Source: Nitrosopumilaceae archaeon
GTDB lineage: Archaea; Thermoproteota; Nitrososphaeria; Nitrososphaerales; Nitrosopumilaceae
NCBI GenBank assembly: GCA_965207375.1
Contig: OZ242274.1
Coordinates: 288,001-352,000 of the forward strand
Direction of reading: 5' to 3'
DNA length: 64,000 nucleotides
In this document: piece after piece, positions 50,978 to 61,841 of the stretch
Position numbering within the stretch: position 1 is the first letter of the stretch
Layout: the number at the start of each line of letters is the position of its first letter
Translations under genes and position numbers: made by a program
The notes under the pieces: generated by a model
Seen by the model: the letters and a program-made list of their open reading frames with translations, nothing else
Databases searched by the model: none
What the model was told of the DNA's origin: nothing

Positions 50978-52686
50978 CACTTTCAATTCCAAGAAAAAGA
51001 TACGTTGAGCTTTTCGGCCCCACCGTGGGTGATAAAATCAGACTCGGAGACACTGATCTGATTGTAGAAATTGAAAAGGATCTGCTCAGGTACGGTGATG
51101 AGGCAGTCTTTGGTGGGGGCAAAAGTGCCCGTGATGGAATGGCACAGGCAAGCGGCGTAACAAGGGAGAATTCGCTAGATCTTGTAATTACCAATGCAGT
51201 TGTCATGGATCCAATTTTGGGCATAGTCAAAGGCGACATTGGAATCAAGGATGGAAAAATAGTCGGCGTCGGAAATGCAGGAAACCCAAATGTTATGGAT
51301 GACATTGACATGATAATATCCTCAAACACAGAAGTAATTGCAGGCGAACACACTATATGTACTCCCGGAACAATTGACTCACACATTCATTTTATTTCGC
51401 CACAGCAGGCAATTGATGCAATTTGTAGTGGCACCACAACAATGATTGGCGGAGGTACGGGTCCTGCTGATGGAACAAATGCTACCACCTGTACGCCGGG
51501 AGCCTGGAACATTCACAGAATGATCCAAGCAGTAGAGGAATTCCCATTAAACTTTGGATTTTTGGCAAAAGGAAATGACTCGCAAGAGCCTGCCCTGATG
51601 GAGCAAATTGAGGCAGGAGCATGCGGTTTGAAACTGCACGAGGATTGGGGCTCTACTCCTGCTGCAATAGACTCTGCATTGCGTGTTGCAGAAAAAACCG
51701 ACACTCAGGTTGCAATCCATACTGACACATTAAACGAATGCGGTTTTGTTGATGATACCATTGAGGCAATTGCGGGAAGGACAATCCATACCTATCATAC
51801 AGAAGGTGCAGGCGGCGGGCATGCACCTGACATTATGAAGATAGCTGGCAATCAAAATGTTTTGCCGTCATCTACTAATCCCACCAGACCGTTTACTGTA
51901 AACACGTTATCAGAACACTTGGACATGATGATGGTCTGTCATCATCTTAATCCATCTGTTCCAGAGGATGTCTCGTTTGCAGAGTCCCGAATCCGAGGCG
52001 AGACTATAGCTGCTGAGGATGTCTTGCATGATATTGGTGCCTTGAGCATGATGTCATCTGACAGCCAGGCCATGGGAAGAGTTGGTGAGGTTACAACAAG
52101 AAACTGGCAGACTGCTGACAAGATGAAAAAAATGACCGGACCGCTTGCAGAAGAAACGGGCCAAAACGACAACATGCGGGTAAAGCGATACCTTGCAAAA
52201 ATCACAATCAACCCTGCAATCACACATGGAATTTCCCACCATGTAGGTTCTTTGGAGCCTGGAAAACTAGCAGACATTATACTGTATAGCCCGCAATTTT
52301 TTGGCATAAGACCAAAGATGATAGTCAAGGGCGGATTTATAGCATATTCGTTGATGGGAGACCCAAATGCATCAATTCCAACAACTGAACCTGTCTACTA
52401 TAGGCCCATGTTTGGCGCTTTAGGAAGTGCAAAACACTCTATATCGCTCATGTTTACCTCAAAACTTGCACTAGAAAAAGGACTAGAGTCAAAACTTGAT
52501 GTTAAAAAGAAACTCGTTGCCGTAAAAAACTGTCGACGTATTGGCAAAAAGGACATGATTCACAACAATCTTACGCCAAACATTGAGATCAATCCTGAAA
52601 CATATGAGGTAAGAGTAGATGGAAAACTTGCAACCGTAAATCCGGCAGACCGGCTGTCTCTGTCTAGACTGTACAGTCTGTACTGA
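50974..52686 (+). CDS. ureC: Urease alpha subunit
   Basis: [45 protein letters not shown] all intact. Confidence 0.99.
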   Translation: MTLSIPRKRYVELFGPTVGDKIRLGDTDLIVEIEKDLLRYGDEAVFGGGKSARDGMAQASGVTRENSLDLVITNAVVMDPILGIVKGDIGIKDGKIVGVGNAGNPNVMDDIDMIISSNTEVIAGEHTICTPGTIDSHIHFISPQQAIDAICSGTTTMIGGGTGPADGTNATTCTPGAWNIHRMIQAVEEFPLNFGFLAKGNDSQEPALMEQIEAGACGLKLHEDWGSTPAAIDSALRVAEKTDTQVAIHTDTLNECGFVDDTIEAIAGRTIHTYHTEGAGGGHAPDIMKIAGNQNVLPSSTNPTRPFTVNTLSEHLDMMMVCHHLNPSVPEDVSFAESRIRGETIAAEDVLHDIGALSMMSSDSQAMGRVGEVTTRNWQTADKMKKMTGPLAEETGQNDNMRVKRYLAKITINPAITHGISHHVGSLEPGKLADIILYSPQFFGIRPKMIVKGGFIAYSLMGDPNASIPTTEPVYYRPMFGALGSAKHSISLMFTSKLALEKGLESKLDVKKKLVAVKNCRRIGKKDMIHNNLTPNIEINPETYEVRVDGKLATVNPADRLSLSRLYSLY

Positions 52687-52781
52687 TTTCTGCCGACATC
52701 GGCTGATTTTTGGGACCAAATTTTGTATTTAAAGAAAATAGTTTCTTGAATTGCTAAGTAAATCCGTCACTAACTAAACTC

Positions 52782-54779
52782 ATGGGATCTGCAAGTCTTG
52801 CACGAGTCGTTCCATTTTTTGTTCTAGTTGCCATAGTTGTAGGAGGCTCTGCCCAGACTGCTTTTGGAGCAGGCGCCATATCGGAAGGATTTGCAATCGG
52901 CGAGGCTCTGCCTGAATGGATAGGCTGGGCCATAGTAGTCGGCCTAGGTGCAGTATTTGCAGTTATAATTACAGTTGAGGTAAAAATTGAGGAAAAGTAT
53001 CTAGGTGTTAACCAGACATCTGAAATGTTTAACACCGCAGGTCGTACAATCAAAACCGGTCTAACTGCAGCTGCTATAGTTTCTGCATGGACTTGGGCTG
53101 CCACACTGTTACAGTCATCAACTGTGGCATATCAGTATGGTATAAGCGGTCCATTTTGGTATGCGGCAGGTGCATCAATCCAGGTACTCTTGTTTGGAAT
53201 CTTGGCAATAGAGTTAAAACGCAAGGCGCCAAATGCACATACATTCCTAGAAATCATTCGTGCACGTTACGGCAACGGTTCACACAAGGTATTCTTGGTA
53301 TTTGCACTGACAACTAACATGATAGTAACTGCCATGCTTTTACTTGGAGGTTCGGCAGTGGTCAATGGCCTGACCGGAATGGACATCTCTCTTGCAGCAT
53401 TTTTGATTCCAATCGGCGTGATGATTTACACCTTGGTGGGAGGTCTCAAGGCGACCTTTGTTGCTGATTATATGCATACAATTATCATATTTGTTGTAAT
53501 TTTGACATTTGTTGCAGCCGTGTATATCAACAGCGACATTACCGGAGGTATCGAGGGAATGTATGACAAGCTTGTAACTGCTGCAGAATTGAGACCCATT
53601 GAGGGCAATGCTGCAGGCGCATTTTTGACGATGGCATCAATTGGAGGTTTGATGTTTGGTATTATCAATATAGTAGGAAACTTTGGAACAGTCTTCGTTG
53701 ATCAGGCATACTGGCAGAGGGCAATTGCTGCAAAGCCCTCCTCTACAGTAAAGGGCTTTTTGCTTGGAGGTGCCTGCTGGTTTGCAATACCGTTTACTTT
53801 GGCTACTACAATGGGTCTTACAGCGGTGGCGCTTGACGTTGATCTAACTCCGGAACAGGTTCAGCTGGGACTAGTAGTTCCTGCTGCTGCAACTGCCCTT
53901 ATGGGGGAGCTTGGTGCAATTATGGTACTTACAATGTTGTTTATGGCAGTAACGTCTGCAGGATCTGCAGAGCTCATTGCGGTTTCATCGCTGATTACTT
54001 ATGATATTTATCGGACGTACAAGAATCCTAATGCCTCTGGTAAAAAGCTCGTCAAGGTTTCTAGGGCGACAATTGTAGGGTTTGGCCTTGGGATGGGCGG
54101 CCTTGCAGTAATGTTACTGCACATGGGCCTGAGTCTGGGATTTGTATATCTTGCAATGGGAATTATAATTGGCGCAGCAGTAATTCCGATTGCATTGACA
54201 ATTCTCTGGAAGAGAACAAACAGGGTTGCTGCCACCTCTGGTGCAATAATTGGCTTGGGTGTTGCACTGACTACGTGGCTTTCTGTTGCAGCATCACTGC
54301 CAGAGTTTGGCGGCCAAATCAATCTTGCAAGCCTGGGCCACAACTATTCAATGCTGTTTGGAAACATTGCAGGAATCTTGACTGGTGGTGCCATAACTGT
54401 TATTGGAAGCCTTGCAACAAAGTCAACCTTTGACTGGAAGGATCTCAAAGACAAGATTACCCTTGTCGAACTAACCGAGGCCGAATCTGCACAAATAACT
54501 GAAAACGAGGAGACTCTCAAAAAGGCATTCAAATTCAGTCTCAAAGGCGGCGGCATAATGACGCTTGTACTTATAATTGCATGGCCCATGCCTCTTATTG
54601 CATCGGGAATGGTCTTTGATATTTTGGCATACAGTGCCTGGGTAGGAATCTCAGTAGTTTGGGTAAGTGTTGCATCATTTTTCATAATCTTTTTGCCAAT
54701 TATAGAGGCAAGAAAGGGAATTGCACAGGTGCTTGGCAAAAAACCAGAATCTGAAGCAACAGGTGGGAAAGGAGCATGA
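52782..54779 (+). CDS. dur3: DUR3-like active urea transporter (SSS family)
   Basis: SAWTWAATLLQSS, GGLKATF, DQAYWQRAIAA; directly after ureC. Confidence 0.92.
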   Translation: MGSASLARVVPFFVLVAIVVGGSAQTAFGAGAISEGFAIGEALPEWIGWAIVVGLGAVFAVIITVEVKIEEKYLGVNQTSEMFNTAGRTIKTGLTAAAIVSAWTWAATLLQSSTVAYQYGISGPFWYAAGASIQVLLFGILAIELKRKAPNAHTFLEIIRARYGNGSHKVFLVFALTTNMIVTAMLLLGGSAVVNGLTGMDISLAAFLIPIGVMIYTLVGGLKATFVADYMHTIIIFVVILTFVAAVYINSDITGGIEGMYDKLVTAAELRPIEGNAAGAFLTMASIGGLMFGIINIVGNFGTVFVDQAYWQRAIAAKPSSTVKGFLLGGACWFAIPFTLATTMGLTAVALDVDLTPEQVQLGLVVPAAATALMGELGAIMVLTMLFMAVTSAGSAELIAVSSLITYDIYRTYKNPNASGKKLVKVSRATIVGFGLGMGGLAVMLLHMGLSLGFVYLAMGIIIGAAVIPIALTILWKRTNRVAATSGAIIGLGVALTTWLSVAASLPEFGGQINLASLGHNYSMLFGNIAGILTGGAITVIGSLATKSTFDWKDLKDKITLVELTEAESAQITENEETLKKAFKFSLKGGGIMTLVLIIAWPMPLIASGMVFDILAYSAWVGISVVWVSVASFFIIFLPIIEARKGIAQVLGKKPESEATGGKGA

Positions 54780-55294
54780 CCTCGTGTACTGGTTGCAATG
54801 CCACACTTGGCTGGAAAAAATATAATTTCCAAAAACAGTGGAGGGTCCACGGATACTTTTGCAAAGAGTGTATGAAAAAGGTCGGCCAGGACTTTGATGA
54901 TAATGGACGGATTACAATGCCTAAAAGAAAATGTGACTCGTGTCACGGCGAATTTTTCTTTTTGAAAACTAGATTGCAAAACAAAAAACATTATCGTCTG
55001 TGTCAGATATGCAAAGATGTAGATATTGTAGAATCCTCAGGTGAACCTGCTTTGCCACCTGTTCCTTCACGGGTGCCGACCATGATGGCACTCTTTGCAG
55101 GATTTGGCGTGTTGTTGATGATTGCAGGATTTGCATACGTCATGCTTGTTGCACCACAGCAAGATTCCAACATACTGCACATTATAATAGGAAGCTCAAT
55201 GTCTGGCGCGGGATTTATGCTGGCAAGAAAGATGGTCAAGGTTCGCAATCTTGTGCTTGGAAAAAAAACCGAAATTGTAAATGAAATGAGATAA
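54776..55294 (+). CDS. Cys-rich (CxxC x4) protein with two C-terminal TM helices
   Basis: CTGC, CKEC, CDSC, CQIC; overlaps the dur3 stop (ATGA). Confidence 0.7.
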   Translation: MTSCTGCNATLGWKKYNFQKQWRVHGYFCKECMKKVGQDFDDNGRITMPKRKCDSCHGEFFFLKTRLQNKKHYRLCQICKDVDIVESSGEPALPPVPSRVPTMMALFAGFGVLLMIAGFAYVMLVAPQQDSNILHIIIGSSMSGAGFMLARKMVKVRNLVLGKKTEIVNEMR

Positions 55295-56138
55295 ATGACA
55301 GGCAACAAAATTTCAGGAGAGTCAGTTTGTTAAGAACAAGCCATCCAAAGTATCGAAAATTCATGTATGCCTTGATGGGCGTATGTGCTGCCGTCATTTT
55401 ACTAGTAAATATTTAGCAAGATGAATCCTGTAAGGTAGGTTTATTGTTTCTGTATTTGCAATTCTAGCCACGGCTTATGTAAACTCGTCACGCCGGATCT
55501 GCTTATAGCAAAAGTAAATCATCTCAAGATGTAAAATAAAATATTTGCCAACATGTGTCAATTGGTAAGATTTGTGTTTTTGCTATAGTGTAATGGCGAT
55601 TGCAAGAATTTTATCAAAGACAATGGTTTGCGGCACGGTGGTATAGGCAAGGCGCATTAGTTGGCAGACATTATCGCATGGGCAAACAACAAGAACAAAG
55701 AACCTGACGGTGTTATTTCGATCAACATTGCTGACAAAATTATGAATGTAATGAAAAACAAGATAAAATAAGTCCCGTATCCACAACGGCCCAAGATCGC
55801 CGACAACCATGTCGTCCAAGGGATTCGGTTACGGATAATTATAATACGCGATGCTGAAATATAACTATGTCTAAAAGGCTAGATGGTAGCGTAATCTAAA
55901 TTTTAGGTACAAATTCATCACATTTTTACTAGTTTAGGCAGGTTACGTTACTAGTAGATCCAATGGGCATATTGACTCTTCTAAATCAGGACAGCGTGAT
56001 CAATTATCAAATTTGTTGTTTTAAGCAACGGTTGTTTGCATGATCTTGCCTCTCAAATAACACATTTGGTGTTTTTTATGTCTAAAGAGCATGCCGTAAT
56101 CCATTATCATTTCTTATATAACCAAGACCTGTAGAATA

Positions 56139-56243
56139 ATGATTACCAAAACAATTCTGTTCGCTCTGATTGTTGCAATATTGCTTCCATTTGCTGGAAT
56201 GCAAATTGCACAGGCACAAAATACAGCAAACACTGGTACCTGA
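56139..56243 (+). pseudogene. Orphan signal-peptide fragment of a secreted protein
   Basis: MITKTILFALIVAILLPFAGMQIAQAQ then an early stop; TATA-like ttatataa about 20 bp upstream. Confidence 0.45.
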
Positions 56244-56446
56244 TTCAGAAACAAAAATAATCGTAAATTGGAATAATGCTGAAAGTTTCCGACGCTGATT
56301 ATATGATGGCTGGAATTAGTGGGGATTTTGGGCACCAATTTGAGGTATCATCATCTAAGCGAAATGTAACCTAAATTCTTACCCACGCCTCTGTTGCTCT
56401 GTTTGTATTTCAGTGTAGATTTTGTTCTATTTTGCACACATTTTGC

Positions 56447-57565
56447 TTAGCTGATGGGGGGGATTATTTGAACAAGTGTTGATAGGCCTGGTGTATGTGT
56501 TACTTCAGATGTGTCACCTATTCCTTCATATAACATGTCGAGACCATTGAACACTACTTGATGTTCACCTACGCTGTAATGTCTATCTATAGTAAAATTC
56601 CATGATAATACTCCATTGGAATCTTCACTGAAAAAACACTCTGAGTTTGGGTTATTAACATGATGCCATTTACCAAGTGTAACATTATCGTATATGAGCT
56701 GATTCTCTTTCAGATGATTAAGAGAATCTTGTGAAACATACTTGTAGCAATTACCCTCACTCATATATACAATCCACATGTCTGAACCGTCAATTATTGA
56801 TATTGGTGGGTCTGGCAGTATGAGTTTAGCTGTAACAAATACAGTGTCACCTAAAGTGTAAATTTTCTTATCTGTCTTAATCCATGATTCTGCGGTTGGT
56901 TGTTCGTTTTGCGGTGCGATTAAATCGTCAGCACCTTTATTGTCAGGTTTAGTGGCCTTTCTGTCTAGTTTTTCCTGTAATTCCTCAATCTTGCTCTCTA
57001 GACGGTCAATCTTTTTGTTTTTTTGATCAAGTTTGTTCTTGGTCTCAACATACTTTGTTTCCTTTTGAGTATCGGTCATGGCTCTAAAATCTAAAATCCA
57101 TTGTGCGACTGTTTCTTGGATCTTAGTTGTAACATCTGTTATTGGATTTATGCTAGTTGGAATGTTTTGATTTTGACCCGTATTTGCAACCAATACTATG
57201 CCTGTCTTCCAAGGATGGACCATACAAAAGTATGGATAGGTGCCTGATTCAGTGAATTTGTGAGAAAATGTATTGCCTGCCATTACAATACCACTGTCAA
57301 ATCCATTTGGATAATCAACTCCGACCGTGTATGGATCGTTTAGGTCTCCTGCAGTAACAAAGTGCAATCTTGTATCGCTATTTTGCCAAGTCACAGTATC
57401 ACCAACATCAATTGTAACCAAATAGGGAATAAAACATTCTCGAGTGTCGTCACAGCTTGGAGCGTTTAAACCTTCAGGTATATCAACTGTTACTGTATCT
57501 GCAAAAGCAGGCGTTAATACTGAAACTGCTAAAACTGCGATAATTGTAATGTATAAAATTTTCAC
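56447..57565 (-). CDS. Plastocyanin/cupredoxin-domain secreted protein with coiled coil
   Basis: Signal peptide, C....CFIP, VGDTVTW.N.D..H.VT, FDSG, YFCMVHPWKTG. Confidence 0.88.
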   Translation of the reverse strand: MKILYITIIAVLAVSVLTPAFADTVTVDIPEGLNAPSCDDTRECFIPYLVTIDVGDTVTWQNSDTRLHFVTAGDLNDPYTVGVDYPNGFDSGIVMAGNTFSHKFTESGTYPYFCMVHPWKTGIVLVANTGQNQNIPTSINPITDVTTKIQETVAQWILDFRAMTDTQKETKYVETKNKLDQKNKKIDRLESKIEELQEKLDRKATKPDNKGADDLIAPQNEQPTAESWIKTDKKIYTLGDTVFVTAKLILPDPPISIIDGSDMWIVYMSEGNCYKYVSQDSLNHLKENQLIYDNVTLGKWHHVNNPNSECFFSEDSNGVLSWNFTIDRHYSVGEHQVVFNGLDMLYEGIGDTSEVTHTPGLSTLVQIIPPIS

Positions 57566-58268
57566 TGGATTTTAGGCTGAATTGAGAGTAATTAAATCAG
57601 GCGATAATGCACGGGTTCATAATGTTGATTATTTTTAAAATCTACGAGGCCTAAAAGCTCTAAGGAATCTGGTCGCTTTGCATATCTCATCGTCAAGGTA
57701 TTTTCATTATAATATTTTTCCAAAATTAAAACTAGAGTCTTCTTTTGTATCATAAATTCAGAATCTTCCAAATCAATTTTTAAAAACTATATTAAACCAC
57801 ATGGATTATGATGGAAAACAGTCGATTTGACACCAACTGAACCACGATTTGCATTCTAAACCCATCATAGCCTGTATTTGATAGAATCATTTTCAATTGT
57901 TAAATTTGTCGTATTTGACTTGTTACACTAGCATCCGCGTTTACCATTTTTGTGTACCATCTTTGTTCTTTGGTAACAAGTTACTTTTTGTTTTGTGGTT
58001 TTTATTTTTTGCAACATGTATTGTTTTGATGTACTATTTGATAAATTAACACATATGCATCAGCAAAATTTGATTTTTGAAAAATTATTATACTAGTGTG
58101 TTGTAGCATAATCGTGAACAACAAATTACTTTCCAAAACAAAAATAATTAAAGTTTGTAAATTGCATTCTTTTTAAAATCGAATGAAAAATGAGGTAAAC
58201 TTTTCCTGACCAAATAGTTGTGTTAAAAGTTAGTAAGAAAAGTCAAGTAATTTAGGCATATGTGGGCA

Positions 58269-58760
58269 TGAATCTCAAAAATCAGAGACAAGGAAAATTT
58301 TATGAAAAAATAAACATGAAAAGCAAATTTAACATAAATATCACTAAGATCTATCAAATTATTTGATGATTTTTTATTGACCATGCGTGATGCTGGAACA
58401 AAAAGTGCTGATGATATACACGAGGAGGTACTTGCAGAACTAGACAAAATTAATACAAAAGAATGCATAGATACTGTAAGCGATCTTTTACAGGACTGGG
58501 TTCACTATCTAGACAAGAACAACCTGTCCCAAAAACTGTTAGACTTTATTTTTCCGCACTGAACATATATTTGCACTAGAGGAACAAGACTTGCACCTTG
58601 AAATGTGTAGTCAAATACTGTATTTCTAGCAAAAATAAAAAAGAGGAAAAGTATTCTTTGACGGTACAAGAGATCCAAAAAATTTTAAATGTTGTCATGT
58701 GGAAGAAAAAGAGCCTATACCTGACACTTGCCTCATCAGGCATGAGAATAGGGGAGGCCG
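58269..58760 (+). pseudogene. Degraded tyrosine recombinase, paralog of 19040-20146
   Basis: Frameshifted pieces FYEKIN.KS, DAGTKS, ECIDT..LLQDW, WKKK.LYLTL.SSGMRIGEA; truncated after the catalytic Arg. Confidence 0.85.
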
Positions 58761-58942
58761 TACGATATGTCCAGGATCTGGTATCGGCGAAAAAACTCAT
58801 CACCGGTCAGCCATCAAAGAAAAGATGGCGCTGCAAGTGTGGTGCAGGACCCTATGTTTCTGGTGAGGTAGCCTTTGCAGGCCAAGCTCATCGAAGAGTA
58901 TCACAAGGGCGACGGCCACGAGATAATTTTCTAGATCGGCAC

Positions 58943-59233
58943 TTTTGTTCCATGTTCCAGATGAATTATTACTCTCCTATAATGACAGATTTTACACCAA
59001 TTTTCAGAATATATGACTTCAATGATCACCTGGAACATGGAACAAAAATATCAAACTCTTCAAAATGGACTCTATTTGTCTGAAAGGCATCGATCATGTG
59101 GACTTTTTTTGTTCCACTTGTTCCACTTTGATTTTACCGATTTGCGAACTTTAGCCCAAAAATGGCAAAAATGGAACATACGAAATTCGCTAAAATGAAT
59201 TTGATCTGGAACAAGTGGAACAAAGTGGAACAC
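58943..59233. repeat. Array of TGGAAC/GTTCCA repeats arranged as two inverted-repeat pairs
   Basis: ttttgttccatgttccag (58943-58960) is the perfect reverse complement of 59030-59047; gttccacttgttccac (about 59111) faces ctggaacaagtggaacaaagtggaacac (about 59206-59233). Confidence 0.8.
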
Positions 59234-59807
59234 AGGCGTGTCATTTCGCAAATCAGACAAAAATTTTTGATCCCTCTTACGCCTAACCAGATTTGATACT
59301 ATGATTTACAGTGCCAAAATTACCCATATTTTTGATGGAAATCATTTTTTTGCGATCCGAAATAGTGGATATTTAAACCCCCAAAATAACTCAATTTCTG
59401 TGCCTATTTTGATCCCTGTTTGTTAACAAAACGGACAAAAACCCATTTTATGATATCTTTGATTTTTGATGGGAATATTTCAAATTGGCCAGATTGTGCC
59501 TCTGGTACCAATTTTGGGTCAAAATCGGCATTTTTTACGAAATTCGCACTCTCGGTACACTAAAGTGGTCTGCATAAAGAAAATAGATTAGATCGCTACA
59601 TGTTTTTGTCTGATTTGCTCTTTTTTGATCTCTATTTTCAAGGATTACAGATCCCACCTATACCTGACACTTTTCCACTTGCAAAACATCACAGACTCTG
59701 TCCAAAACTAACTTTGTTTCATCTGGAACACGCGATGATACTCTTTGATCCATACATTATACCACACAGGCACGAATTTGGTTTGTGCCAGATATCATTT
59801 CTGATCC

Positions 59808-60110
59808 ATGTCTGATTCGCTACTGCTTTTATCAAACATGATACACAACGGTACTATACTGTTAAAGTTCTATAATGTGACATCACAAAATATCGTCTGT
59901 ATATCAAAACCATACAAGCCATATTCTTTGGTGAATCATCCAAATGGTACCATACAAAAAACCAACAGTATCACCGGCCAAAAGATACGATGTAATAAAA
60001 TACCATACAGGGGCACATCTGAATCAGATTTAGAGTCAGAAATTAACCAAAGATACTCGTATTTGTGGGATGCTGGTTTAACAGTTAACCCACCAGCAGA
60101 TAACAAGTAA
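59808..60110 (+). CDS. Hypothetical protein or fragment
   Basis: 100-aa ORF in a decayed region, no motif. Confidence 0.3.
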   Translation: MSDSLLLLSNMIHNGTILLKFYNVTSQNIVCISKPYKPYSLVNHPNGTIQKTNSITGQKIRCNKIPYRGTSESDLESEINQRYSYLWDAGLTVNPPADNK

Positions 60111-60339
60111 CGATATTCGACAAAAAAAGTAAACCGAAACAGATCAATAAGGCCTGCCTCTGAGGACTTTATGATCAAACAAAACCAAAAGAGGCTGACA
60201 ATATAATGGATAATCCACTCACATATCAAAATATCGCCGCACCTTTGAAGAAGTTCATAGAACTGTGCGGTATCATATCAGACAGTGACACCATAGAACA
60301 TGATGCATCAGATATGACAAATAATGACTGGAACCGCAT

Positions 60340-60830
60340 GTATCACTACATCAGCAGGAGGATATGCAGAAGGCATGAGAAAAACAACAGGTACATCTGG
60401 ATGCAATGGATAAGGCAAAGCAGGCCTACATGACGCCATGTAAAAATACGCATAATGTGGTAGTAGCACTTGATGAGTTTGACGTAAATATTCGTGATGA
60501 AAAATCTGAATGCATACTTGAAAATCATGATGCTGCTGTCAAATATATCATGATGATAGTAAAGGGGACATCACGCAAATGTAAACACGGCACGTCATGA
60601 CAGGATTGCACGCCAGAAAAGCCAAGTGAAAAATATATTGGATTTGCATGTAATTCAAACGAACTAGACGTTGCAGCATACATGAAAAGATGGGGAGTTG
60701 AAACAGGGTACCGCATGATTGAGGATCTTCGAGTCAAAACCGCAGTACTGTATACTGGTGCAAGATTACTGTGTTTTACAGCATCAATCATGGTATCATA
60801 ATCAATGGGTTGTAATTAATGCAGAATCTG
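60340..60830 (+). pseudogene. ISH3/IS4-like transposase remnant
   Basis: YMTPCKNT..VV.AL.EF, EKYIGFACN, Y.KRWGVETGYRMIE..RVKT with internal stops. Confidence 0.7.
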
Positions 60831-61249
60831 GTTTTGGATTGGGTGACTCTAAATGGTGTGGAATTTCATTTGTCACACTTGAGTTTAAAATTACAATTAT
60901 ATCCGAATATCAGATCAATCCCAAGCCTCCGCCGGATATTGCAGCAGATTCTGCGTTGCTGGTGGGTTAACTGCTGATTTAGGCAGTGTTATATGTCTGG
61001 ATTACCTAAATTAATTACCCGTACTCGAATCCTTTGGGCCACGGTTTGTGGTAATACTAGGGGCGTAATGTGGGTACGGACTTATTTTATCATGGGGAAT
61101 CAGGGGCTCATGTGAATGTAGTATCTTATTTTATAACGCGATTTAATTTATTATTAATTCTAGAGATCAAATCCATTGTAATTGTTCCATCCGATTCATA
61201 TTTTCTGTTATTGGACCATGCAACAATATCAGACAGTATGTGCACATAA

Positions 61250-61627
61250 CCAATATCGATAGGCCAGGGAACCTCAGAAATAATCATGATTGAGGACAAC
61301 AAGATACTTGATGGTCAGAGTCTGGATTGGGCCTCTGAATTTATCACACACAAGATAAACCGATTTGCATATCTTGATACAAAGATGTTGTTACAGCACA
61401 AAGATGTTTGTGCAAAATATGCCAAGGCACTAGCTGAGAATATAGCCACAGAGACAGAGGCAATGGCATCTGCATACGGTTATACAAAAGACATCATAGT
61501 ATCTGGCGGAGGAATTCTGATTCCAAGGGTGCGCCAAGAACTCCAATCAAGACTAGGAAAATATAACATCAAGGTTCCAGATGATCCCGTGATGAGCAAC
61601 GCCGAAGGCCTTTACAGGCTGGCATAA
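61250..61627 (+). pseudogene. ParM/StbA-like actin ATPase, C-terminal half only
   Basis: SIGQGTSEII (phosphate-2), IIVSGGG (adenosine), DPVMSNAEGLY; in-frame stop just upstream, no phosphate-1 motif. Confidence 0.72.
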
Positions 61628-61757
61628 TCTCCTTTTTTATTTTCTCAATTTAGTTTTTACACATGCATAAAATTATCAAAACATCTAGGGGATAGGGAAA
61701 GTTTGATTCTCTCTGAAAAGTAATAGAATCCGAATTATTTAATTCTGTTGAAAAACA

Positions 61758-61841
61758 CGCCGAGAGAGGGATTTGAACCCCCGCCACTGGAATGTGAGTG
61801 GATCATAAGTCCACCGTCATACCAAACTAGACCATCTCGGC
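61758..61841 (-). tRNA. Class II tRNA with anticodon TAT (Ile codon AUA) but Ser-like body
   Basis: GCCGAGA/TCTCGGC-G acceptor, GTC/GAC D-stem, GTGGA-CTTATGA-TCCAC anticodon arm, 15-nt variable arm, GGGGG-TTCAAAT-CCCTC T-arm. Confidence 0.88.

Noticed and set aside
17573-51225. Genome-wide AUA-to-Ser codon reassignment implied by the odd tRNA
   Set aside because: ATA occurs at conserved Ile positions (rfcS SDERGI at 17573; ureC LGIVKGD at 51223)
50895-54991. Long antisense ORFs over ureC and dur3 (and similar ones over hel308, the acyl-CoA ligase and the DUR3-USP gene)
   Set aside because: Shadow ORFs opposite well-conserved genes, with no motifs
55300-61757. attL/attR duplication of the tRNA 3' end
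   Set aside because: No second copy of the tRNA 3' sequence found by eye, so the island boundaries are unconfirmed
61758-61841. The odd anticodon being an artefact of an unspliced intron
   Set aside because: The anticodon stem closes perfectly around a 7-nt loop and I see no bulge-helix-bulge motif; a non-canonical intron in the variable region was not formally excluded
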